Assembly: GCA_903873715.1 (NCBI GenBank)
Contig: CAIQPS010000142.1
Span: 1,693-65,692 of the forward strand
Direction of reading: 5' to 3'
From: an uncultured Actinomycetes bacterium
GTDB taxonomy: Bacteria > Actinomycetota > Thermoleophilia > RBG-16-64-13
DNA length: 64,000 nt
The notes below the pieces were generated by a model. That model had not been told where the DNA came from and searched no databases. It saw only the letters and a program-made list of their open reading frames with translations. Positions 1 to 10,109 of the stretch are shown here, piece by piece. The first letter of the stretch is position 1. Each line of letters opens with the position of its first letter. The position numbers and the translations under genes are program-made.

Positions 1-881
1 TCGGACCAGCCGAGCAGTTCGAAGTGATGATGGATGGGCGTCATGAGGAACACCCGGCGGTGGAAGTAGCGGAAGCTGAACACCTGGATCATCACGCTCA
101 GCGCCTCCACCACGAACAGACCGCCCACCAGGAGCAGGAGCAGTTCCATCTCCGTGATGACCGCCATACCCGCCAGGGCGGCCCCCAAGGCCAACGAGCC
201 CGTGTCCCCCATGAACACCGAGGCCGGGTGGGTGTTGAACCAGAGGAAGCCCACGCACGCGCCGGTCAGGCACGAGCCCAGGATGGCCAGGTCGGTCTGT
301 CCGCGCAGGAAGGCGATGCCGGCGAACGCGAACATCGCCACCGCCACGGTGCCTCCGGCTAGGCCGTCGAGCCCGTCGGTGAGGTTCACCGCATGCGAGA
401 ACCCGGCGATGAGCAGGAAGGCGAAGACGTAATAGAACAGGCCTATCTGGAGCCCCGTCCTTATGAGAGGGATCTCCAACTCGGAGTCCACGCCCCCGTA
501 GTGGAGCGCCAGGAAGCAGGCCACCCCGACCAGCGGCACCTGCAGACCGAGCTTGATCTTGCCGTTGAGACCGAGGGAGCGCTTGCGGTTTCGCTTGAGA
601 AGGTCGTCCGCAAGGCCTATGAGCCCAGAGCCGTAGGTGAGGATGATCACCACCAGGCTGTCCCAGTGCTTGCCCGAGAAGATGAGATACGGGATCAGCG
701 CCGACACCAGGATGAGGATCCCGCCCATGGTGGGAGTGCCCTGCTTGGCGAGGTGCCGTTCGGGGCCTTCCTCCCTGATGTGCTGCCCTATGCCGCGATG
801 CTGGAGGAAGCGGATGAAGCGAGGCCCTGCCACCAAGGCGAGGACGAGCGCGACTAGAGTTGCTCCGAGTATCCTGATCAT
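1..881 (-). CDS. mraY: Phospho-N-acetylmuramoyl-pentapeptide transferase MraY (C-terminus truncated by the window edge)
   Basis: My own minus-strand translation from the ATG at about 881 reads MIRILGATLVALVLALVAGPRFIRFLQHRGIGQHIREEGPERH...LAKQGTPTMGGILILVSALIPYL. This contains the MraY KxGTPTMGG motif. It is not in the ORF track because its stop lies beyond position 1. Position directly after murF matches dcw synteny. Confidence 0.85.
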   Translation of the reverse strand, partial: MIRILGATLVALVLALVAGPRFIRFLQHRGIGQHIREEGPERHLAKQGTPTMGGILILVSALIPYLIFSGKHWDSLVVIILTYGSGLIGLADDLLKRNRKRSLGLNGKIKLGLQVPLVGVACFLALHYGGVDSELEIPLIRTGLQIGLFYYVFAFLLIAGFSHAVNLTDGLDGLAGGTVAVAMFAFAGIAFLRGQTDLAILGSCLTGACVGFLWFNTHPASVFMGDTGSLALGAALAGMAVITEMELLLLLVGGLFVVEALSVMIQVFSFRYFHRRVFLMTPIHHHFELLGWS

Positions 882-906
882 GCTTGTGAGTCCGGGTAGG
901 TGATGG

Positions 907-2349
907 TCACTCGGAAGTAGTTTCGCCGGGTCCCGCCGACCACCTTCCCGCCCGAGCCAGGCCGGCGACGGCTTCCACCATGTCCTCGAGCCTCACGCCC
1001 CGCGACGCCTTGAACAGCACGACGTCCCCGGGCCGGAGCGAGGCCTCCACCGGACCGCTGTCCAGCGGGGAATCGACATGGCCCGCGCCGGCGCCGAAAC
1101 CCTCCGCGGTGGCCCTGGACAGAGCGCCCACGCCCCAGACCAGCTGCACCCCGGCCGCCGCGGCATATTCGCCCGTCTGCCGGTGGAAAGCGAGTTCATC
1201 TGAGCCGAGTTCCCGCATGTCCCCGAGGACGGCAACAGGGCGGCCGCCCAGGCGCGCCGCTACCCTCACCAGGTTGTCGAGGGCGGCCCGAACGGCCGCG
1301 GGGTTCGCGTTGTAGGTGTCGTCGATGATGCATAGGCCGGGCAGGCTGACGATCTCCCCCCGGCCCTTGCCCGGAGTAGAATCGAGGAAGCCGGGAAGGC
1401 AATCGGCGAGCGGCAGCCCGGCGGCGTAGCAGCCGGCGGCCGCGGCCGCGAGATTCTGCAGGGTGTGCACCGGCACAGACGCGATCTTGAGCGAGACGTC
1501 ACCACCCGGCCAGCGGACCTTGAGGGTCTGCTCGTCGGCGCCCTCCTGCGGCTCCGCGGACACCAGGATGTCCGCGTTCTCGTTGGCGCAGAGAAGCCCG
1601 CTCCGCACTGCGAACCGCACCACCGGGCGGCACGCCCGCGCCAGGCACGGCTCAAGAGGTTCGCAGACCAGCGGCACCACTCCGATGCCACCCTCGCGCA
1701 GCCCGGCCACAAGCTCAGCCTTGGCTTCAGCTATATTCTCCAGGCTCCCCAAAAGCTCGAGGTGCACTGGATGGATGTTCGTGATGACACCCACGTCCGG
1801 CTCCGCGATGTCCGCCAAAGCCGCTATCTGCCCCAGTCCGCGCATCCCCATCTCGACGATGACGGCCTCCGTGTCAGCCTCTATCTTGAGTAGAGTCAGA
1901 GGCACGCCGATCTCGTTGTTCTGGTTGGCGGCCGTCACCACGACCTTCCGGACCCGGGCGACCATGGCAGCCATGATCTCCTTGGTGCTGGTCTTGCCGG
2001 CACTCCCGGTGACCGCCAGCACCTTGGCTCCGGACTTGCGCCGCACCTCGCGGGCCAGCGCCCCCAGTCCGGCAAGCGTGTCCGCCACAGGGTAGACGGG
2101 ACCGGCGCCTTCGGCAGTAGCCGCGTCCGCCCTCGCCTCCCACGCGCCGCTCTCCACCACCGCACCGCATGCCCCGGCGGCCAGCGCAGCGGCCACATAG
2201 TCGTGCCCGTCGAAGCGCTCGCCGCGCAGCGCCACGAAGAGATCGCCCTTCTTGAGGGAGCGGGTATCGGTGCTCACCCCGGATACGGCCGTCTGGAGCG
2301 TACCCACGCCGAGCGCCCCACCGGCCTCCTCGGCCGTCAGAGCGAGCAT
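907..2349 (-). CDS. murF: UDP-N-acetylmuramoyl-tripeptide--D-alanyl-D-alanine ligase MurF
   Basis: The track ORF 907..3144 carries a roughly 265-aa Arg/Gly-rich non-conserved N-terminal extension. The conserved Mur ligase sequence starts at MLALTAEEAGG..., whose ATG (2349) overlaps the murE stop (TGATG). Mur ligase motifs (GSAGKTSTKEIM, DDTYNANP) are present. Confidence 0.85.
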   Translation of the reverse strand: MLALTAEEAGGALGVGTLQTAVSGVSTDTRSLKKGDLFVALRGERFDGHDYVAAALAAGACGAVVESGAWEARADAATAEGAGPVYPVADTLAGLGALAREVRRKSGAKVLAVTGSAGKTSTKEIMAAMVARVRKVVVTAANQNNEIGVPLTLLKIEADTEAVIVEMGMRGLGQIAALADIAEPDVGVITNIHPVHLELLGSLENIAEAKAELVAGLREGGIGVVPLVCEPLEPCLARACRPVVRFAVRSGLLCANENADILVSAEPQEGADEQTLKVRWPGGDVSLKIASVPVHTLQNLAAAAAGCYAAGLPLADCLPGFLDSTPGKGRGEIVSLPGLCIIDDTYNANPAAVRAALDNLVRVAARLGGRPVAVLGDMRELGSDELAFHRQTGEYAAAAGVQLVWGVGALSRATAEGFGAGAGHVDSPLDSGPVEASLRPGDVVLFKASRGVRLEDMVEAVAGLARAGRWSAGPGETTSE

Positions 2350-3926
2350 CAGTCCCCGGCCTCCAGGGCACGCAGGGCCTCGCGGGCGACCTCCCGGTCG
2401 TCGAACGGGATGGTGCCCGTCGCGAACTCCTGACCGGACTCGTGGCCCTTGCCCAGGATCATCACCACATCGCCCGGCCTTGCCTCGGCCACGGTCTGGA
2501 ATATGGCCACCCGGCGATCGACCTCGACGGTCGCGGCCTCCGGACGACGCAGTCCCCCGACGATCTCGGCGAGGATGGCGTTCGGGTCTTCGCTGCGCGG
2601 GTTGTCCGAGGTGACCACCACCACATCGGCGTTGTCTTCCGCCTCCCTGCCCATGAGCGGCCTCTTGGTGCGGTCGCGATCCCCGCCACAGCCGATGACC
2701 GCGAAGAGCCGCCCCGTAGTGAGTTCCCGGGCGGTCTTGAGCGCATTGGCGACGGAGTCGGGCGTGTGGGCGTAGTCCACCAGCACGGAGAAGCCCTGGC
2801 CGGCGTCGACGGTCTCCATCCTTCCCGGGACGCCCTTGAACTCGCGCAAAGCGGCCAGCATGCCGTCCAGGTCGAGCCCCAGGCCGATCCCGCAGCCCAG
2901 TGCGGTGAGCGTGTTGGCCACGTTGAACGCCCCTACCAGGCGGGTGAACATCGGCCGCTCGACAGCCGCTTCGCCGCCATCGGCGCTTCCTCCGCCCATC
3001 TGCTCGAGCGCCGACCCACGGACTATCAGCGTGCCTTCGGTGCCCGCGGGGGTCATCACGAAGTCGCTGATCTCCAGGTCGGCAGGCCCCCACTCTCCGG
3101 CATGCGGTGAGGTGGAGAAGCCGATGACCCGGGAACGGTCGCATGCCTTGGCAAGGCGCAGGCCGAACGCGTCGTCAACATTGATGGTGGCCATCGCTCC
3201 ACCGGCCGCGAACTCCTCGTCGAGGAACAGCCGGCACTTAGCGGCGAAGTAGTCCTCGAGGGTGTGATGGTAGTCCAGATGGTCCTGGGTGAGGTTGGTG
3301 AAGGCTACGGCCCGGAAATCGATGCCCTTCGCCCTGCCCAGGTCAAGGGCGTGCGAAGAGACCTCCATGACGGCGGCCCGGTCCCCACCGGCGAGCATCT
3401 GGGCGAAGTCCCGCTGGATGTCGATGGCCTCGGGCGTGGTACGTCCGGCCGGGAGCGTCTGTCCGCCGATGCGCCGCTCCACGGTCCCCATCAGACCCGA
3501 CTGGAATCCCGCCGCACCGAGAAGATGCGCCGCCAGGAAGGCCGATGTGGTCTTGCCGTTCGTGCCGGTGATGCCCACGGTGAGCATCTTGGCACTCGGC
3601 CGGTCGTAGAAGGCCGCGGCCACCGGGCCCATCGCGGCGCGCACCGACGGGACCACCACCTGCGGGATGGGCAGGTCCAGGACGCGCTCGACACACAGCG
3701 CCGCGGCGCCTCGCGACACCGCGTCGGGAGCGAAGTCATGCCCGTCGCGCTTGAATCCGGGGACGCAGAAGAACAGGGTCCCGGGACCCACTTGGTCGCT
3801 TCGGTAGCTGAGCCCGCTGACGACGGTGTCCGCGCCTACCAACCGCTGCCCGTCGACAGAGGCGAAAAGGTCACAAAGTCTCACGGTTACGGATTCTATC
3901 ACCGGGGTGGCCCCCTCCCGAAGCAC
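2349..3926 (-). CDS. murE: UDP-N-acetylmuramoyl-L-alanyl-D-glutamate--2,6-diaminopimelate ligase MurE
   Basis: 525-aa ORF with Mur ligase ATP-binding motif GTNGKTTSAFL and the MurE-type DNPR motif. Lies between ftsI and murF. Confidence 0.85.
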   Translation of the reverse strand: MLREGATPVIESVTVRLCDLFASVDGQRLVGADTVVSGLSYRSDQVGPGTLFFCVPGFKRDGHDFAPDAVSRGAAALCVERVLDLPIPQVVVPSVRAAMGPVAAAFYDRPSAKMLTVGITGTNGKTTSAFLAAHLLGAAGFQSGLMGTVERRIGGQTLPAGRTTPEAIDIQRDFAQMLAGGDRAAVMEVSSHALDLGRAKGIDFRAVAFTNLTQDHLDYHHTLEDYFAAKCRLFLDEEFAAGGAMATINVDDAFGLRLAKACDRSRVIGFSTSPHAGEWGPADLEISDFVMTPAGTEGTLIVRGSALEQMGGGSADGGEAAVERPMFTRLVGAFNVANTLTALGCGIGLGLDLDGMLAALREFKGVPGRMETVDAGQGFSVLVDYAHTPDSVANALKTARELTTGRLFAVIGCGGDRDRTKRPLMGREAEDNADVVVVTSDNPRSEDPNAILAEIVGGLRRPEAATVEVDRRVAIFQTVAEARPGDVVMILGKGHESGQEFATGTIPFDDREVAREALRALEAGD

Positions 3927-3937
3927 AGGCCGGAGTC

Positions 3938-5662
3938 TTACTCGGACGACGCGCCGTCCACCTGCTCGGTGCTGGTGGTCGTCTCACCAGGCGTCTGCTC
4001 GGTGCCCGAGGACGGCGGGATGCCCAGGCGTTTGACGGCGAAGTCGGCGATGCGGGCGAACACGGGGGCCGCCACTTTGGCGCCCAGGCGTTCCGTCTGG
4101 GGCTCGTCGATCATCACCAGGATGACCAGCCGGGGAGAGTCCGCAGGCACCATGCCGATGAACGAAGAGATCACTTCGTTGGAATATCCGGCCTTGTCCA
4201 CGTTGGGTTTCTGAGCCGTGCCCGTCTTGCCGGCCACGGTGTAGCCATCCAGCTGGGCTTTCTTGCCGGTGCCCGTCTCGACGGTCACCTGGAGCATCGC
4301 CCTGAGTTGCGCCGCGACTTCCGCGCTGACCACCCGGCGGTTCCACGGCTGCATCGCGTCCTTGACCAGATGGGGCTGCAACAACACACCGTCGTTGGCG
4401 ATGGCCGAGTACGCGCAGGCAAGCTGCAGCGGGGACACGGCCACGCCCTGGCCCATGGGGACCTGATAGATGGTCACGCCGTTCCACTTCTCAGGAAGCT
4501 GCCCCGCGGTCTCCCCAGGGAAGTCGATGCCCAGCTTCTTGGTGAAACCGAACCGCTTGATCATGTCCACCAGCCGGTCCTTGCCCACCTCCCGGCCGAT
4601 CGTGACCGCCCCGATGTTGGACGACTGCGCCAGTATCTGGGTGACGGTCATGGTGCGCCACGGAGGCACTTCCTGATCGGCCTCGTGGATGACCTTGTTG
4701 TAGGCGGTGAGGACGTCCGGCAGCGTGAACTCGGTGTCCGGGTCCACCACCCCGTTCTCCAGTGCGGCGGCGACCGTCACCATCTTGAAGGTGGAGCCCG
4801 GCTCGCACATGTCGGTGACGAGCCAGTTGTGGGTGCCTCCGGTCTTCGGGTCCTGGTCGCCGTAGTCTTCCGGGCTGAAGAGCGGGGTCGAGGCCATGGC
4901 GAGGATCTCACCGGTTCGCGGGTCCATGACCAGCGCACATCCGCGCTTTGCCTCGAACCGGCTCACGGCGTCGGCGACGGCCATCTCGGCCTCGTACTGG
5001 ATCTGGGAGTCGATGGTCAATGTTATCGACTTGCCGGCCACGGCCGGGGTCGCGGACATCGTGTAAAGCCGATCGCCCTTGCGGTCTCTCACCACCTGCA
5101 GGGTGCCGGGATCGCCCGAAAGCACGCTGTTGTAGCCGTATTCGATGCCCTCCATGCCCTTGTAGTCGGTCCCGCCGACGAACCCGAGCAGTTGGGGGGC
5201 CAGCGCCCCTTTCGGATAGACCCGCGTGGCCTCCGACATCACACCGATCCCGTCCAGGCCCAGGGCCTTGACCTGAGCTCCTATCGCCGGGTCCACCCTG
5301 CGGGCAAGGTACTTGAAGTTGGTCTTCGTGTCGGTGAGCTTCTTGTAGAGGTCGGCCTGCGAGACCTTCAGGACGGGGGCCAGCTTTATGGCCGTCTGGG
5401 TCGCGTTCTTGACGTTGGGCAGGTCCGCGTAGATGGTCGACATCTGCCGGGAGATGGCAAGCGTCTCGCCGTTCCGGTCGTAGATGTTCCCTCGCGCCGG
5501 CTCGAGCGTGATGGTGCGGACGTGCTGACTGTCCCCCTGCTCCTGGAGACTGGGGGCCGCGATCACCTGTACATAGAAGGTCCGCCCGAACAGGGCGATC
5601 AGGAACACTACGGCAAGCCCCATGAACAAGGCCAGACGCCTATGGGTCCGGCTGCTGCTCAT
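3938..5662 (-). CDS. ftsI: Penicillin-binding protein / peptidoglycan D,D-transpeptidase FtsI (class B PBP)
   Basis: 574 aa with an N-terminal TM helix, PBP dimerisation domain, and transpeptidase motifs (STFK, SSN, KTGT). Its start overlaps the ftsL stop by ATGA. Confidence 0.85.
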   Translation of the reverse strand: MSSSRTHRRLALFMGLAVVFLIALFGRTFYVQVIAAPSLQEQGDSQHVRTITLEPARGNIYDRNGETLAISRQMSTIYADLPNVKNATQTAIKLAPVLKVSQADLYKKLTDTKTNFKYLARRVDPAIGAQVKALGLDGIGVMSEATRVYPKGALAPQLLGFVGGTDYKGMEGIEYGYNSVLSGDPGTLQVVRDRKGDRLYTMSATPAVAGKSITLTIDSQIQYEAEMAVADAVSRFEAKRGCALVMDPRTGEILAMASTPLFSPEDYGDQDPKTGGTHNWLVTDMCEPGSTFKMVTVAAALENGVVDPDTEFTLPDVLTAYNKVIHEADQEVPPWRTMTVTQILAQSSNIGAVTIGREVGKDRLVDMIKRFGFTKKLGIDFPGETAGQLPEKWNGVTIYQVPMGQGVAVSPLQLACAYSAIANDGVLLQPHLVKDAMQPWNRRVVSAEVAAQLRAMLQVTVETGTGKKAQLDGYTVAGKTGTAQKPNVDKAGYSNEVISSFIGMVPADSPRLVILVMIDEPQTERLGAKVAAPVFARIADFAVKRLGIPPSSGTEQTPGETTTSTEQVDGASSE

Positions 5663-6192
5663 CGGCCTGCGACCGTCGTGTCACCCTCCGTTCCGACCTG
5701 CCCGCTCTCCATGTAGTAGACCTGTTCGGCGGGCTGCATGCCGAGCACGGACGCCTGCTCCGCCACCCGTTCGGGGGCCGACAACGCGGCGATCTGCGAA
5801 GAGAGAGCGGCGATCGAGGACGTGAGTTGCGCCTCGGAGCTCTCCATCAGACCGACCTGCGACTCGGCCTCTGCCGCCCGGGCACTCAGCAACATGGGGC
5901 TGACGATGGCGACGCTCAGCAGCACGGCGGCGAACAGCACGACCACTGCGATCATGTGCCATTGAGGCCGCCGCTTGGTGACAAGGCGAGGCTTGGGTAG
6001 AGGCCTGGCCCTCTGGACCTCCACCTCGGGCTGAGGCACGCGTGCGGTCGCTTCGCGGCCGTAGTAGCGCGCGCTCCGCGACCGGGCGCTCACCCGGGCC
6101 TGCGCCCGCGCGGCGCTCCTGCGGGACGCCGCCGAGGGGACGAGGTCACCCTCCCAGGCTTCCATCCACGTCGTCCGCGCGACCGTGGCCAT
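5659..6192 (-). CDS. ftsL: Cell division protein FtsL-like (single TM helix plus coiled coil)
   Basis: The track ORF 5659..6345 was trimmed to MATVART..., whose ATG overlaps the rsmH stop (TGATG). It has one TM helix (IAVVVLFAAVLLSVAIV) followed by a Gln/Ala/Ser-rich coiled coil. Position between rsmH and ftsI is canonical for ftsL. Confidence 0.6.
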   Translation of the reverse strand: MATVARTTWMEAWEGDLVPSAASRRSAARAQARVSARSRSARYYGREATARVPQPEVEVQRARPLPKPRLVTKRRPQWHMIAVVVLFAAVLLSVAIVSPMLLSARAAEAESQVGLMESSEAQLTSSIAALSSQIAALSAPERVAEQASVLGMQPAEQVYYMESGQVGTEGDTTVAGR

Positions 6193-7157
6193 CAAAGCTT
6201 CCTCAGCGCGCGCATCTTGGCCGACGCCGCGCGCGGGTTCATCTCCAGTTCGTCCGGCCCGGGGACCACGGCCTTCGGCGTCATGATCGCCCCGGTCGCC
6301 TTGGCGCCGCATGCGCACACCGGGAAGTCCGGTGGGCAGACGCACGGTTTGGCTTTGCCGGTGAAGAAGTCCTTGACCATGCGATCTTCCAGCGAGTGGA
6401 AGCTGATGACCGCCAGGACGCCCCCGCTCTGCAGGAGCTCGAACGCCAGAGGCAGGGCGCGGGCGAGGCTCTCCAGTTCGCCGTTGACCTCGATGCGCAG
6501 GGCCTGGAAGACGCGCTTCGCCGGATTGCCCGCAGCGAAGCGGGCTGGGGTCGGGATGGCGCCCTTGATGGTCTCGACCAGTTCCGAAGTATTCGTGAAC
6601 GGCTTCTTGTCGCGGCGCGCGACGATGGCGCGCGCGATCCTGCGGGAGTACCGCTCCTCGCCGTAACGGCTGAAGATGTCGGCCAACCCGGTGTCAGGCC
6701 AGGTGTTGAGGATGTCCGCCGCGGTCACCCGCAGCGCCGGGTCCATCCGCATGTCCAGAGGGGCGTCGTAGCTGTACGAGAAGCCACGCTCGGGTGTGTC
6801 GATCTGCATGCTGCTGACGCCGAGGTCCATGTAGACGTGGGTGACATGCTCCCCCTCGTCCACAAGGTCTTCGAGACTGTCTGCAAAATCCCCGCGCATG
6901 AACCTGGCGGCGCAGTTCAGCCGGCCGGCGAGCGACTCGTAGTATCCCTCGGCCACCGGGTCGCGGTCGCAGCCGATCAGCAGGCCTTCGGCGCCCAAGA
7001 GTGCGCCCACCGCTTCCGCGTGGCCCCCGGCCCCGAACGTGCAGTCCACGACGCGGCTGTCTTCCTCCACGTCGAGTAGCCGGATCAGGGGCTTGGTAAG
7101 CACGGGGACATGCGCCATGGCCATCTCCATCACGAAGGATGCCGCCGCACTAGGCAT
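6192..7157 (-). CDS. rsmH: 16S rRNA (cytosine1402-N4)-methyltransferase RsmH (MraW)
   Basis: Conserved MraW sequence (HVPVL..., DCTFGAGGH, SFHSLEDR). The true start is probably one of the internal Met residues at residues 10-14 (7118-7130), since mraZ ends at 7150. Confidence 0.85.
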   Translation of the reverse strand: MPSAAASFVMEMAMAHVPVLTKPLIRLLDVEEDSRVVDCTFGAGGHAEAVGALLGAEGLLIGCDRDPVAEGYYESLAGRLNCAARFMRGDFADSLEDLVDEGEHVTHVYMDLGVSSMQIDTPERGFSYSYDAPLDMRMDPALRVTAADILNTWPDTGLADIFSRYGEERYSRRIARAIVARRDKKPFTNTSELVETIKGAIPTPARFAAGNPAKRVFQALRIEVNGELESLARALPLAFELLQSGGVLAVISFHSLEDRMVKDFFTGKAKPCVCPPDFPVCACGAKATGAIMTPKAVVPGPDELEMNPRAASAKMRALRKL

Positions 7158-7569
7158 CGCGGCTCACCATTTGCTGCCTGCGCTCCGCGTACGTCTCGGG
7201 ATCCCAGATCTCCAGATGGTCGCGGGCCCCGATGATGAGCACCTTCCCGGACAACCCGGCCGGCTCGATGTGCTGGCCCAGCAACACCCTGCCCTGGCCG
7301 TCGGGCTCCACCTCGTCCTGGTTGCCGTAGATATCACGGACGAGCCAGGCCGCCTCGAGGTCCTTGAAGTTGTCGAGAGGCTCGACGTTCTTGGCATCGA
7401 ATCTGTCCCACGTGACCGGGTGGAAGACGTTGACGCACGGCTCCCCGTTGGGGAACCGCACGAGCACCACCTTGTTCCTGAAGTACTCCCGGTAGCGGGC
7501 AGGAAGAGTCACACGGCCCTTGGGATCGAGGGTGTGTTCGAACTTGCCGGATAGCTTGAGCTCCTCCAT
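7150..7569 (-). CDS. mraZ: Transcriptional regulator MraZ
   Basis: Two DxxxR-type MraZ repeats (LDPKGRVTLPARYR...). I trimmed the track ORF (start 7629) to the ATG at about 7569 (MEELKLSGKFEH...), because the first 20 codons of the long ORF overlap four direct-repeat operator boxes that belong to the promoter. Confidence 0.85.
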   Translation of the reverse strand: MEELKLSGKFEHTLDPKGRVTLPARYREYFRNKVVLVRFPNGEPCVNVFHPVTWDRFDAKNVEPLDNFKDLEAAWLVRDIYGNQDEVEPDGQGRVLLGQHIEPAGLSGKVLIIGARDHLEIWDPETYAERRQQMVSRDA

Positions 7570-7584
7570 GTCTGACACGGTACG

Positions 7585-7632
7585 CCACTTTGCACCACTT
7601 TGCAACTTAAATGTGCCACTTTGGGCCACTTT
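7585..7632 (-). promoter_or_regulatory. Putative MraZ operator. Four direct repeats of AAAGTGG (mraZ sense strand) arranged as two pairs with 10-bp phasing, 16 nt upstream of the mraZ start
   Basis: The plus strand shows CCACTTT at about 7585-7591, 7595-7601, 7616-7622 and 7626-7632. Read on the mraZ strand this is AAAGTGGcccAAAGTGG-N14-AAAGTGGtgcAAAGTGG-cgtaccgtgtcagac-ATG. MraZ is known to bind short direct repeats in its own promoter (GTGGG-type repeats in E. coli, AAAGTG[T/G] with 10-bp period in Mollicutes). Confidence 0.6.
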
Positions 7633-7823
7633 ACTGGTCCGATGCGTGTCAGCCTTGGTCCCATGTTGTGCATAATCTGTTGCACCAGACCATCACTTGC
7701 ATCATGCGTTGCATCGTCGGGCCGCGCGGGGCCATCGTGGGGATGACGGTGTGCGATCGGAGGCGAGACCGGAAGTTCGGCCAAGAGCAGCGGGCGAGAT
7801 GCGCGCGCCCAGCCGTGCGGGTG

Positions 7824-10109
7824 CTATTGGACGCGCTTGAGCGGCGCGTACTCGAGCAGCAGGCGCTTCTGTTCCCTGCTTTCGGAGAAGAAGACCCGCA
7901 CCACCCCGCCCGGCTCCACGCCGAGCACCACGCCTTCGCCGAACTTGGCGTGCAGCACTTTGTCGCCGGGCGAGAACGCGCCGGCGGCGACTTCCTTCTT
8001 CTGTGGCGCCGAAGGCCGGCCGGTGGGCACCGCGCCGCCGAGGCCCCGGTCGCCGGATGGCCGGCTCCCCCATCCGCCGGACCCGGAACTACCGTATCCA
8101 CCCTGAGAGCTGCGGTATCCACCCCCGCGGCCTCCGGGATACGTCTTGTACTGCTCGGGGATCTCGCTGAGGAACCGGCTGGGCAGTTTGTACCCGGCGC
8201 TGCCGTGCAGCGTCCGGGAGCGGGCGAACGACAGGAACAAGGTGTCCCGCGCCCGGGTGATGCCCACGTAGCAGAGGCGCCGCTCCTCCTCCAGACGCTC
8301 CTCGTCCAGGGAGCGCGAATGGGGGAAGAGGCCCTCCTCCATGCCGGTGAGGAACACGACGGGGAACTCGAGCCCCTTGGCGTTGTGCAGGGTCATGAGG
8401 GTGACCAAGGGCTCGGTCTCCTCCATGCTGTCGATGTCGGCGTAGAGACTGATCTCCTGCAGGAAATCGGCGAGGGTGCCCTCGGGGTTCAGCCGGTCGA
8501 ACTCCTGGGCCACGCCCACGAACTCCTCCAGGTTCTCGAGACGGCCATCGGCCTCCAGGGTGCGCTCGGCTTTGAGCGCAGAAGCCAGCCCACTCTCGTG
8601 CAGCACCTGGCGGACGGTTGCCGCCACTTTGCCGGAGGCCTGCTCCCATGCGGCGAGATCCTGCGCCAGTTTGGTGCACGCGCTGACGGCCGCGCCGCCC
8701 AGACCCGCCTCGGCGGCGTAGAAGAGCGCCTCGCGCATCGGCACGCTGTTCTCCTGGCCGTACATCTGGAGGCGGCCGATGGCCACATCCCCCAGACCCC
8801 GGCGGGGCGTGTTGATGATCCGCACCAGGGAGATGTCGTCGGAAGGGTTGAGCGTGACGCGCAGGTAGGCGAGCAGGTCCTTGATCTCGGCTCGCTGGTA
8901 GAACTTGGTGCCCCCTATGACCCTGTAGCCGATGCCCTGCCGCACCAGCATGTCCTCGATGACCCTGGATTGAGCGTTCACGCGGTAGAACACGGCCACG
9001 TCCGACGCGGGGCGGGTCTTGAGCTGCTTGACGATCTCGTCGCAGACGAGCCTGGCCTCTTCGTGCTCGTCGGCGCACTCGAAGACGGTGATCGGCTCGC
9101 CGGCCCCCCGGTCGGTCCACAGGTTCTTGGGCTTGCGGCCCCGGTTGTTCGACACCAGCGCGTTGGCAGCGTCCAGGATGGTGGTGTACGAGCGGTAGTT
9201 CTGCTCGAGCTTGACCACGGTCGCATCCGGGAAGTCGTCCTCGAAGCTGAGGATGTTCCGGATGTCGGCGCCGCGCCACGAGTAGACCGACTGATCGTCG
9301 TCGCCGACCACGGTGACCTGGCGGTGCTCCTCGGTGAGGAGTTTCACCAGCATGTACTGGGCCCGGTTGGTGTCCTGGTACTCGTCGACGAGCACGTGGC
9401 GGAACAGATCCCGGTAGTAGGCCAAGCGTTCGGGGAACAGTTGCAGCACGTCCACCATGCGCATGAGCAGGTCGTCGAAGTCGAGCGCGTTCGCGTCGAG
9501 CATGCGGGCCTGGTAGCGCCGGTACACGGCGGCCGTGATGTCGTGGAAGCGCTCGTCGTCGTAGCCGCCCTCGGTGTCCCATGCCGTACCGCCGGCGCCG
9601 CCCCCGCCGCGGGCGAACTCGTCCACGTCGATGAGCTTGTTCTTGGCGTCGGAGATGACGTTCTGCAGCGCCTTCGGCGTGTACCGCTTGGGATCGAGGC
9701 GCAGGTCTTCCAGGCAGCGGCGGATGAGCCGTGCAGAATCGTCCTCGTCATAGATGGTGAAACTGGTCTTGTAGCCGAGTAGTTGAGCATCCTGGCGCAG
9801 CATGCGCGCGCAGGAGGCGTGGAACGTCGACACCCAGGTCCACCGGGCGGCCGGACCGAGGAGGGTCGCCACCCGCTCCTTCATCTCCCCGGCCGCTTTG
9901 TTGGTGAACGTGATGGCCATGACCTGATGCGGGCGCACCAAGCCACTCTCGATGAGGAAGGCGAGACGATAGGTGAGCACGCGCGTCTTGCCCGAGCCGG
10001 CCCCGGCGAGCACGAGCAGCGGTCCGGATTCGTGGAAGACGGCCTCTTGCTGACGCTCGTTGAGCTCCGGAGCCAGACGGGAGCGCGGGTCAGACGTCGT
10101 CGGGGCCAT
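7824..10109 (-). CDS. pcrA: ATP-dependent DNA helicase PcrA/UvrD (superfamily 1) with a Gly/Tyr/Arg-rich linker and a C-terminal Tudor-like domain
   Basis: 761 aa with Walker A ([11 protein letters not shown]), DEYQDTN, and UvrD C-terminal helicase motifs. The C-terminus has a [33 protein letters not shown] low-complexity tract, followed by a [14 protein letters not shown]... Tudor-like domain. Confidence 0.85.
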   Translation of the reverse strand: MAPTTSDPRSRLAPELNERQQEAVFHESGPLLVLAGAGSGKTRVLTYRLAFLIESGLVRPHQVMAITFTNKAAGEMKERVATLLGPAARWTWVSTFHASCARMLRQDAQLLGYKTSFTIYDEDDSARLIRRCLEDLRLDPKRYTPKALQNVISDAKNKLIDVDEFARGGGGAGGTAWDTEGGYDDERFHDITAAVYRRYQARMLDANALDFDDLLMRMVDVLQLFPERLAYYRDLFRHVLVDEYQDTNRAQYMLVKLLTEEHRQVTVVGDDDQSVYSWRGADIRNILSFEDDFPDATVVKLEQNYRSYTTILDAANALVSNNRGRKPKNLWTDRGAGEPITVFECADEHEEARLVCDEIVKQLKTRPASDVAVFYRVNAQSRVIEDMLVRQGIGYRVIGGTKFYQRAEIKDLLAYLRVTLNPSDDISLVRIINTPRRGLGDVAIGRLQMYGQENSVPMREALFYAAEAGLGGAAVSACTKLAQDLAAWEQASGKVAATVRQVLHESGLASALKAERTLEADGRLENLEEFVGVAQEFDRLNPEGTLADFLQEISLYADIDSMEETEPLVTLMTLHNAKGLEFPVVFLTGMEEGLFPHSRSLDEERLEEERRLCYVGITRARDTLFLSFARSRTLHGSAGYKLPSRFLSEIPEQYKTYPGGRGGGYRSSQGGYGSSGSGGWGSRPSGDRGLGGAVPTGRPSAPQKKEVAAGAFSPGDKVLHAKFGEGVVLGVEPGGVVRVFFSESREQKRLLLEYAPLKRVQ

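Noticed and set aside
907-3144. Very long N-terminal extensions in the track ORFs for murF, folC (29913..31970), valS (31205..34642), the radical-SAM gene (to 21733), mreD (to 25975), addA (to 51542) and the anti-sigma (from 46193)
   Set aside because: The extensions are Arg/Gly/Pro-rich. They overlap the upstream gene in another frame. They precede the conserved N-terminal motif of each family. Starts were moved to the first plausible start codon at the upstream stop/start junction.
7611-9782. 723-aa plus-strand ORF
   Set aside because: Antisense to pcrA/uvrD, and it begins inside the mraZ promoter. There are no motifs. High-GC artefact.
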